Below are positions 17,574 to 25,265 of a stretch of DNA of 30,666 bases, in pieces. How positions within the stretch are numbered: position 1 is the first letter of the stretch; each line of letters opens with the position of its first letter. The position numbers and the translations under genes were made by a program. The stretch is from Promethearchaeota archaeon (GTDB taxonomy: Archaea > Asgardarchaeota > Lokiarchaeia > Sigyniarchaeales > SOKP01), in NCBI GenBank assembly GCA_018238625.1, contig JABCSY010000049.1, positions 1-30,666 on the forward strand, read 5' to 3'. Below the pieces are notes generated by a model that worked only from the letters and a program-made list of their open reading frames with translations, made no database searches and was not told where the DNA came from.

Positions 17574-17734
17574 ATTTCTCACACTTCATTATTTTTAAAA
17601 ATTGATTTTTGATATAATTACTATTACTTCATTTTATTTGAAAGTATTTAAATTTAAGTTTTAATGATTTTAACGCTATTAAAATACATTAAATCTAATA
17701 TCTAATATCTAATAATTAGAAATGAAAAGTTAAT

Positions 17735-18889
17735 TTAAACTCCAATTCCTATAGTATTACCTATACCAGCAACAATAATTTTTTCTCCCTTCTCAGTTCG
17801 CTTCCGGATTCCCATTTTAATTTTTTCAACAATAGGATGAACGCTTTGTGTAATTGATCGCGTCATTGTCGTTATCGCGTTCTCTAAAGACTGTCTACAG
17901 ATGAGAGCATCGATTGGAATTGCTTTCTTAGTTGACGAGTCTTCGATATAAAACTTTTCAACTCCAATTCCTCCGATAGCAGCACCGACTCCAATTGCTA
18001 TAGAACCGGTTTTATCTCCAGAAAGTTTCAATCCCGCATCGATCATAATTATCCGGGAAATAGATTCTCCATGTTCTTCGACCAATTTCTTTATTGCTGT
18101 GCCCGGTTTTCCAACGGTTCCTCCAGGACCTTTTGCTCGAACGACATAAACGGTTCTTTCTTCGAAATTTACTACTTGAACAATTGTTTCTTTCGCGATT
18201 TCAATAGCTTCCGTATCGTCTCTTCCTGAAACATCTCTTACAAAGGTACCCACGACCATAGGACCAAGAGCGTCTCCAATTGGGCTACCTTCCGCAAATG
18301 CTTTAGTTGCGTTGTAATATGTTTTAGCAAGGGCTAGTATAATCGACATCTGCATGGAAATCTGCATCAGAATTATGTAAGATTTTGATTTTTTGCCTAT
18401 TATTAAGAAGTGCTTTACAAGTCTATAAACAAAGTCTACAGCCATTACGGCTTCAAGGGTATTCTCTAAGTTCTGCGCATCAGGGTCTCCTAATTCGACA
18501 TTAGGGGCTAATCTTTTAACTTCTTCTTTAAATCGACTATCTCTTACGTTAATAATGTGATCTATTTTTGGGATTATTCCGTATGGATCGAGGGATACGG
18601 GTGATATGGCTACGAAGGTTAAGAAATTTTCAAGTTTTAACATTAAATCCTTATCATTTTCTTTCTTATCAGCGTATTTTTTAAAGTTAGAGAGTAATAT
18701 CTGCTTACATTCGTCGTCCCATTTTTTAAGTTTATCCAAGCCAGATTCTATCTCTTTTCTTGAGCGATACGCTTGTAATTTAGTCCCATAAAACATAGAC
18801 ATAAAGATTAAGAGAAACCATAGCAAATTAAAAATTAAACCGATAGGGTCGGTCTCCGTTTGACCTAGTTGCATTAATTGTACAATCAT
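17735..18889 (-). CDS. DUF1512-family archaeal membrane-anchored protein
   Basis: N-terminal TM; PVSLDPYGI, PIGDALGP, AKGPGGTVGKPG, IIMIDAGLK, GVGAAIGG and GIGNTIGI. Confidence 0.8.
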   Translation of the reverse strand: MIVQLMQLGQTETDPIGLIFNLLWFLLIFMSMFYGTKLQAYRSRKEIESGLDKLKKWDDECKQILLSNFKKYADKKENDKDLMLKLENFLTFVAISPVSLDPYGIIPKIDHIINVRDSRFKEEVKRLAPNVELGDPDAQNLENTLEAVMAVDFVYRLVKHFLIIGKKSKSYIILMQISMQMSIILALAKTYYNATKAFAEGSPIGDALGPMVVGTFVRDVSGRDDTEAIEIAKETIVQVVNFEERTVYVVRAKGPGGTVGKPGTAIKKLVEEHGESISRIIMIDAGLKLSGDKTGSIAIGVGAAIGGIGVEKFYIEDSSTKKAIPIDALICRQSLENAITTMTRSITQSVHPIVEKIKMGIRKRTEKGEKIIVAGIGNTIGIGV

Positions 18890-19043
18890 TTACATCATTC
18901 TTTGATTAGTTAATAAAAATAATAATTGAAAAATTAAACCTACTAAGTTTTCATAATAACAAAATTTATTTAATCTTATATTCTTTTCTATTATAGAATA
19001 GATTATTAGATATCACTAATAACTCATAAGGATACAGACATTC

Positions 19044-19481
19044 ATGATTGATGACGAAAATGATGAGGACATCTTAAATAAGAGCGTTTCTCTCAAGAAA
19101 GTAATGAAGAATATTTTGTTAATTTTATTAATAGGCGTAGGTGCCTTATTTATTTACCTCGGTGGAGAAAATCAAACGACCAATTTTATGATAGGTTTTT
19201 CGTTAATCTGTTTAGGTACTTCATTAATTCAAATTCAAAAACAGAAAACAGAGCCAATTAGACAAACATTAACGATACTTGCTTGTAATTTGTGTAATAT
19301 AACTAACGTAAGACATTACGAACATGGAGATTACGTTTTTAAAGAAATTGGCTCATGCGATAAATGCAACGAATCAATGAGAATAAAACAAATTTACAAC
19401 GTCAAGTTAAAAAAGCCTACAATACAAACTAAAAAATCTGACGAAAAAAAGAAGAAAGAAGAGGAAAAAGTTAAAGCCTAA
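19044..19481 (+). CDS. Hypothetical 2-TM protein with a CxxC…GDYVFK…CxxC zinc site
   Basis: Two TM segments followed by CNLC and CDKC. Confidence 0.75.
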   Translation: MIDDENDEDILNKSVSLKKVMKNILLILLIGVGALFIYLGGENQTTNFMIGFSLICLGTSLIQIQKQKTEPIRQTLTILACNLCNITNVRHYEHGDYVFKEIGSCDKCNESMRIKQIYNVKLKKPTIQTKKSDEKKKKEEEKVKA

Positions 19482-19506
19482 TTCTTTATAGTAAGGTGGT
19501 TCCCAA

Positions 19507-19947
19507 ATTTTTAATAAAGTCGGAATGGGCGGAACTTTCGACCATCTCCATGATGGACATAAGTTTCTAATTAAAACGGCGTTATTATTTTCTAAAAATA
19601 TTGTTATAGGTTTAGCAACAGAAAATTTACTTAAAAATAAAAAGCACGCCGCAAAAATCGAAAACTACAAGACAAGGGAACAAAACCTGAAAGCTTTTAT
19701 AGATTCAATAGGACATTTGAATCGCGTTGAAATAATTCCGTTAAACGACCCATATGGCCCTCCAATTCACGACCCCGAATACGAAGGAATCATTGCCAGT
19801 CAAGAGACTTATAAAAACGCCTTAAAAATAAACGAAATCAGGGAAAACAAGAGTTTCACGCCATTAATTATTATTGTTATACCTATGATTAGAAATTCCC
19901 AAAATTCTATTATAAGCTCTACTTCAATAAGAGAAACGTTAGAATAG
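19507..19947 (+). CDS. coaD: Phosphopantetheine adenylyltransferase (archaeal/eukaryotic type)
   Basis: GGTFDHLHDGH, DPYGP, IIASQET, INEIR and ISSTSIR. The frame extends upstream of ATG 19525 as IFNKVG, so ATT 19507 is the proposed start. Confidence 0.88.
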   Translation: MFNKVGMGGTFDHLHDGHKFLIKTALLFSKNIVIGLATENLLKNKKHAAKIENYKTREQNLKAFIDSIGHLNRVEIIPLNDPYGPPIHDPEYEGIIASQETYKNALKINEIRENKSFTPLIIIVIPMIRNSQNSIISSTSIRETLE

Positions 19948-19985
19948 GAGATTTTTCCTATCGTCTTAGCTTTTTTAATTTAGTT

Positions 19986-21515
19986 TCAGGTATCTTTAGC
20001 TTCTGGAATCAAAACAATAAAATTACTTCCCTTTGTATGGTCTCCTTTAATTCGATCCTCCACCCATATCCTTCCCTTGTAAGATTTAATAATTTGAGTA
20101 ATAAGTGACAATCCAATCCCCATACCCTTTCCTCCCTTCAAATCTTTATAACCTTCTAGGAATATATTCTCTTTATTTGAATCTTGAATTCCTATTCCAT
20201 TATCTTTGAATTCTAATCTCACGTAGTTCCGATCACTTAATTTTTCTTTTGTAATAGTGATAATTATTTCTGGAACTGCATTATGGTTATATTTTATTGC
20301 ATTAATTAAAATATTTTCAAAAACATCTGCTAAGATTTCATTTGCGCTTACAATAATTTGTTTCTCCATCGATTCGACTTTTATTTCAATTCTATCGCTT
20401 AGCATACTCTCTCTTACATAATTGAGGGCATTTGATAAGTATTCTAAAAGAGGTGTGGGTTTTAACTCTATTTCATCTTTTTCAATCTCAGCTAATTTCC
20501 TGATATTTGAAATTAAATTTTTTCCTCTTAATAATTGGCTATTGATGTTTTTAAAAAGGCTCTTAGGCTTTTCAGAATTAAGGTCTGCTCGGTTTTTTCT
20601 CTCCTGATCTAGCAGATATAACGACATTGATATATTCTGAATGATATTGCTAATATCGTGAGTAAACAAGTCCTTGTAAAGAGTAGATCTATTGTAAGCT
20701 TCTTCATATTTTATTTCAGTCTCCCTTAGATTTTCTTCCACTTTTCGCAACTTTTCTACGAGTTGTTTTCTCTTAGGCAGAATTACAAGTCTCAAGGAGA
20801 AAGGTTTTTTTAAGAATAAATCTAAACTTTTTTTATGAATGATCATAAAAGTTAGGAGAAAAGGGCTAAAGCAAATACCCAAAATAAACTTTCCTAAAAC
20901 GCTTCCCACTATAAACTGTCCAAATTCAGGTTCAAAGAATGAAACGATGAATGGAAATAAAAAACCATCCAAGCATAGTATTCCTATGAAAATTACAATA
21001 TATAGGACAATAATTAGAAAGTTAAGCTTAAAATATTCTTTAGTTTTTTCTAACAAGTAAAACATAACAAGAATTTCTATTATAAAAACAAACGAACTAA
21101 CTATGTTAATCGTAATTGTTGTACTGAAAAGCCCCGGAGATACAGAAAAAATATTAATGGTTGTAGGGGCGCTTAAAATTGCTACCAATAACTGATACAA
21201 GAAATACAGAAAAAAGTTAAAAATCAACTGAATACTTATTAGATTTCTTACTACAGTTGGATTTTGAGATGCTACGCCAATAAAAAATGTGATTAGGATG
21301 ATCGAAGAGTAAGCGATATTTCCTCCAGTAATTACAAGATCTTCAGATATTTGTAGTGAATACAAGACAGCAAATAATTGAGTGAAAACATATAAGAATC
21401 CAAAATAAGAATAAAAGAAAGCGGTAGAATTGAATGCTCGGAATACTGTTATTACCAGAAGAGGTGAAAGGCCATAAATTAAAATATGCAATAGTAAGAA
21501 TAATAGAGGTGTCAA
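19986..21515 (-). CDS. Membrane sensor histidine kinase (multi-TM N-terminal domain, HisKA, HATPase)
   Basis: H-box FTHDISN, N-box ENILINAIKY, G1 DNGIGI and G2 GKGMGIGLS; about 7 TM at the N-terminus; GGAGGA RBS before the TTG start. Confidence 0.92.
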   Translation of the reverse strand: MTPLLFLLLHILIYGLSPLLVITVFRAFNSTAFFYSYFGFLYVFTQLFAVLYSLQISEDLVITGGNIAYSSIILITFFIGVASQNPTVVRNLISIQLIFNFFLYFLYQLLVAILSAPTTINIFSVSPGLFSTTITINIVSSFVFIIEILVMFYLLEKTKEYFKLNFLIIVLYIVIFIGILCLDGFLFPFIVSFFEPEFGQFIVGSVLGKFILGICFSPFLLTFMIIHKKSLDLFLKKPFSLRLVILPKRKQLVEKLRKVEENLRETEIKYEEAYNRSTLYKDLFTHDISNIIQNISMSLYLLDQERKNRADLNSEKPKSLFKNINSQLLRGKNLISNIRKLAEIEKDEIELKPTPLLEYLSNALNYVRESMLSDRIEIKVESMEKQIIVSANEILADVFENILINAIKYNHNAVPEIIITITKEKLSDRNYVRLEFKDNGIGIQDSNKENIFLEGYKDLKGGKGMGIGLSLITQIIKSYKGRIWVEDRIKGDHTKGSNFIVLIPEAKDT

Positions 21516-21650
21516 TCTTTTTCTCCTCCAAATTAATGATTTAGTAGCAAAATTCTTATACGGTAATATAGAATAATCCAGTTTAATAAAAAAAGTTTTT
21601 CCTAAAAATGTTGGAGTAGCAAAATTTTTTAGGAGACATTAACTAGATAT

Positions 21651-21656
21651 TTTATA
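21651..21656 (+). promoter_or_regulatory. Candidate TATA box for the Phe-rich leader ORF
   Basis: TTTATA about 30 nt upstream of ATG 21685, the spacing expected for a near-leaderless archaeal transcript. Confidence 0.35.
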
Positions 21657-21684
21657 GTTATTGAATATTTGAGAAGAGTATATT

Positions 21685-21774
21685 ATGAAGCTTTTTAGTT
21701 ATTTATTACTAAATTCAAAACAATTCTATCAAGATTCATTTATCTTTGGCTTCTTTATTTTGCCAAGGGAATAA
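21685..21774 (+). CDS. Putative Phe-rich leader peptide (pheM/pheL-like), 29 aa
   Basis: MKLFSYLLLNSKQFYQDSFIFGFFILPRE*. Six Phe, four of them within six codons; overlaps alternative stems; lies upstream of pheS-pheT-pheA. Confidence 0.4.
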   Translation: MKLFSYLLLNSKQFYQDSFIFGFFILPRE

Positions 21775-21803
21775 CTATATTATTTTACTTTCTTTCCCTT
21801 GGC
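21762..21803 (+). promoter_or_regulatory. GC-rich stem-loop (10-bp perfect inverted repeat)
   Basis: GCCAAGGGAA (21762-21771) pairs with TTCCCTTGGC (21794-21803); 22-nt loop. Confidence 0.6.
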
Positions 21804-21910
21804 TGCGGTTATATAAGAGAGTTGATCGTTTTATAATTAATTGTATACTTTATTCAATCTCAAGCTATCGTTCTAATTCATGAACGAGCAATTTAAAACG
21901 ATTAATTCCA

Positions 21911-21925
21911 CGAAAGATTTAAAAA
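21911..21925 (+). promoter_or_regulatory. Candidate BRE-TATA promoter for pheS
   Basis: CGAAAG followed by TTTAAAAA, ending about 55 nt upstream of the pheS ATG. Confidence 0.45.
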
Positions 21926-21980
21926 GGTTAAAGATTTAGAAAAAATATAACGAAAAGTAAAATGATTTTGATTTTAAGAC

Positions 21981-23516
21981 ATGACGATTAAATTAAAGAA
22001 ACAAGTTATTGAAATTCTCAAAGTTCTGAAGAGTAAAAGCACAGAGCTTATGGCAATAGAATTAGCAAAAGAATTAAATGTTGATTATATAGTACTCATG
22101 GCAGCTATTAACGATCTCATCGATGAAAAATTAGGTGGATTCAAAGAAGAAGAAATAAATCAAATATCTTTAAACGATGAGGGGTTAAATTACTTAGAAG
22201 TCGGATTACCAGAGCGTAAATTGCTTAATTTATTGAATAAATCTGACATTAAAGAGATTGGTATAACAGAATTCCTTAACAAATCTAAATTAGACAATAA
22301 GATTTTTTACGTTGGGCTTTCTAACATGAAAAAGCATCGTTGGGTCGCTCAAAGTAAAGCTACGGGAGAGAGTAAGGTCTTCCTCGTTGCTGAAGAGTTC
22401 CCCGCAACAGATGTTGAGAAATTTATGAAAAAATTCGAAAAGAGCCCAATCCTTAACTATTCTAAATTATCAAAAATTGAATTGGAATGCTTAGACCATC
22501 TAAATAAAAGGAAATTAATAAAAAAAGCAAGAAAAACGCAACGAATTATTTTTCTAACAAAAAAGGGTAGAGATATAAAATTATCTGAAATTAAAGAGTT
22601 GAAGCATGTAAGCAAACTCACCTCGGAGATGCTTAGCTCTGGCTCTTGGAAAGATTACAATTTAAAAGCGTTTGATGTGACCAAACCAGGACCTTCATTG
22701 AAAGGGGGAAAATATCATCCTCTCGTTAATCTCATTAACGAAATCAGAGAGGTTTTTATTTCGATGGGTTTTACGGAAATAAGAGGTCCAATCGTAGAAA
22801 GCGCATTTTATAACTTTGACGCGTTATTTCAACCGCAAGACCATCCTGCTCGCGAACTACAAGATACTTTCTATTTGAACAATCCAAAAATCGCGAAGTT
22901 GCCGGATAAAGATAAAGTAATGGCTGTTAAAGCTACACACGAAAATGGGGGCGATTCTAATTCGCTTGGATGGGGTTACGAATGGGACGAAGAGGTTGCA
23001 AAACAAACGGTATTAAGAACCCATACAACCGCCACAACTATAAGGCGTCTGGCTAAGTTTTATAGAGATAACGAAAAAACGCCTGTAAAAGTCTTTTGTA
23101 TCGATAGGGTTTTTCGAAACGAAAAATTAGATAAATCACATTTAGCTGAATTTACTCAAATAGAAGGTATCGTAATCGACGACCACGTAAACTTAAGCGA
23201 TTTAATTGGTTTATTATCAGAATTTTACAAGAAAATGGGATTTGAAAAAATTGTTACAAGACCGGGATTTTTCCCGTATACAGAACCAAGTATGGAAGTC
23301 TCCGTATATTACGATAAAATAGGAGAATGGTTAGAAATGGGTGGTTCAGGAATATTTAGACCTGAAGTAACGTATCCTTGGGGCATCAAAGAACCCACTC
23401 GAGTTTTAGCGTGGGGGCAAGGACTTGAACGCATAGCAATGTTATACTACGGCCGGAAGGACATTAGAGATTTGTATATTAATCCAATCAAATGGTTAAG
23501 ACAACAACCATATTAA
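21981..23516 (+). CDS. pheS: Phenylalanine--tRNA ligase alpha subunit, long archaeal/eukaryotic type
   Basis: FDALFQPQDHPARELQDTFY, LRTHTT, RVFRNE, EFTQIEG, FFPYTEPS, GGSGIFRPEV and GLERIAM. Confidence 0.97.
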   Translation: MTIKLKKQVIEILKVLKSKSTELMAIELAKELNVDYIVLMAAINDLIDEKLGGFKEEEINQISLNDEGLNYLEVGLPERKLLNLLNKSDIKEIGITEFLNKSKLDNKIFYVGLSNMKKHRWVAQSKATGESKVFLVAEEFPATDVEKFMKKFEKSPILNYSKLSKIELECLDHLNKRKLIKKARKTQRIIFLTKKGRDIKLSEIKELKHVSKLTSEMLSSGSWKDYNLKAFDVTKPGPSLKGGKYHPLVNLINEIREVFISMGFTEIRGPIVESAFYNFDALFQPQDHPARELQDTFYLNNPKIAKLPDKDKVMAVKATHENGGDSNSLGWGYEWDEEVAKQTVLRTHTTATTIRRLAKFYRDNEKTPVKVFCIDRVFRNEKLDKSHLAEFTQIEGIVIDDHVNLSDLIGLLSEFYKKMGFEKIVTRPGFFPYTEPSMEVSVYYDKIGEWLEMGGSGIFRPEVTYPWGIKEPTRVLAWGQGLERIAMLYYGRKDIRDLYINPIKWLRQQPY

Positions 23517-23532
23517 AAAAAGGTGAAAAAAA

Positions 23533-25209
23533 ATACCAACACTCGAATTAAAAATTGAAAGACTAGAAAGATTAGTTGGAAAAAAATTAGACTTAAAAGA
23601 ATTAGAATACGATTTGCAGTGGATAGGTTTAGATTTAGAAGACATTAACGAGGAAGAACAAAAAGTCAAAGTGGAGTATAATCCAAACCGACCTGATTTT
23701 TCTAGTCCAGAAGGTATAGCGAGGACCCTTAAAGGTTATTACGAAATTGAACTAGGGATACCTTCATTCGACATAACACCAAGTGATATTGTAATGAATG
23801 TGGACCCTAGCGTAAAAAAAGTAAGACCTTACATCGTATGTGGAATAGTTCGAAATATTGATTTAGGTGAGGACGAGGTAGCTACCTTGATGACCATTCA
23901 AGAGCACCTTCACTGGGCCGTTGGAAGAGATAGAAAAAAAGTTGCGATCGGAGTACACGACTTAGACAAAGTAAAAGCACCTTACAGATATACTGCCGTG
24001 GAACCAGGTTCAGTAAGTTTTACGCCTTTGCATGGAGATGGATATTCAATGAATTTAGAAGAGATTTTACTCCTTCACGATAAAGGCATTGAATACGCTC
24101 CCATTTTAGAAGGGAAAGAAGTTTACCCGGTAATTTTTGATAGCAATAACGAAGTTCTTTCGTTTCCTCCAATAATAAACGGAGTTCTAACAACTGTAAC
24201 TGAAGAAACGAAGAATTTATTCTTGGATTTGACTGGTACCGATTTTAACGCGGTAAATCTTGCTTTAAACATCTTATCAACGACTTTATCAGACATGGGA
24301 GCGAAAATTGAAAGTGTTAAAGTAAATTACGAAGGAGAAAAAGAAATTAATACCCCAAATTTAGATTCAAAAAAATGGGAAGTTGAAATTGACTATATTA
24401 ACGATTATATCGGTCTGAATTTATCTGCCGCTGAAATGATTAAATGTTTTAAGAAAAGTAGGCTGGAGGCTAAAAGATCCAAGAAAAAAGGATATTTAGA
24501 CATTTATGTTCCTGCCTTTCGAGGTGACATAATGCATCCAGTTGATTTCACTGAAGAAGTCGCGATCGGTTATGGATATTTTAATATACCAAAAACCATT
24601 CGAGAAGGATGCGTCGGAGAATATCACCCTATTCAATCGTTCTCTAATAAAATAAGACTAATTATGATCGGAGCAGGATATTTAGAAGTTCTTAATTTCA
24701 TTTTATCAAATTCTGAAAAACAATTCGATTATATGAAAAAAAAAATGGATGAATCCAAATTAATTCAAATTGCTAACCCTGTATCAAAAGAATACGATAC
24801 CATGCGGACTTCAATACTACCTAAATTAATGGAAACGATACGATTTAACATATCTGAAGAGAAACCAATTAGAATTTTTGAAGTTGGAGACATCATTCTA
24901 CTTTCGAAAGAAGAAGAAACCGGCGCAAAAAGAGAAATTCATCTTTCAGCGACGTCGTACCACGAAGACGCTGATTTTACAGAAATAAGGTCGACTTTAG
25001 ATTTCATCATGACGGCTCTTGGGCTTTATGATAAATACGAGATTAAGCCTGGGAAGAACCCAAGCTATATAAGCGGTCGTTATGGGGATATCTATGTAAA
25101 TGGTGAGAAAATTGGAGAGATTGGAGAGATCCATCCCGAAGTGTTGTTGAACTTTAAACTGGAGTTCCCCGTTGCCGGGTTAGAATTAAATTTGCAAAAA
25201 CTTTTGTAA
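23533..25209 (+). CDS. pheT: Phenylalanine--tRNA ligase beta subunit, archaeal type
   Basis: PNRPD, GRDRKKVAIGVHD, LSFPPIIN, DIMHPVD..EEVAIGYG and GEIHPEVL. The frame extends 27 codons upstream of the TTG at 23614 to ATA 23533 (IPTLE…), which follows AGGTGA. Confidence 0.93.
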   Translation: MPTLELKIERLERLVGKKLDLKELEYDLQWIGLDLEDINEEEQKVKVEYNPNRPDFSSPEGIARTLKGYYEIELGIPSFDITPSDIVMNVDPSVKKVRPYIVCGIVRNIDLGEDEVATLMTIQEHLHWAVGRDRKKVAIGVHDLDKVKAPYRYTAVEPGSVSFTPLHGDGYSMNLEEILLLHDKGIEYAPILEGKEVYPVIFDSNNEVLSFPPIINGVLTTVTEETKNLFLDLTGTDFNAVNLALNILSTTLSDMGAKIESVKVNYEGEKEINTPNLDSKKWEVEIDYINDYIGLNLSAAEMIKCFKKSRLEAKRSKKKGYLDIYVPAFRGDIMHPVDFTEEVAIGYGYFNIPKTIREGCVGEYHPIQSFSNKIRLIMIGAGYLEVLNFILSNSEKQFDYMKKKMDESKLIQIANPVSKEYDTMRTSILPKLMETIRFNISEEKPIRIFEVGDIILLSKEEETGAKREIHLSATSYHEDADFTEIRSTLDFIMTALGLYDKYEIKPGKNPSYISGRYGDIYVNGEKIGEIGEIHPEVLLNFKLEFPVAGLELNLQKLL

Positions 25210-25265
25210 ACTATATTTTTTCTAAATACTTATTTAATAATTATTACAATTATAGGGTGATTAAT

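Noticed and set aside
17693-17714. (ATCTAAT)3 microsatellite
   Set aside because: Real, but a short AT-rich slippage repeat with no evidence of function.
19980-19988. Selenocysteine readthrough at TGA stops (kinase, tnpB)
   Set aside because: Both proteins are complete, an in-frame TAA follows within two codons, and no selenoprotein context is present.
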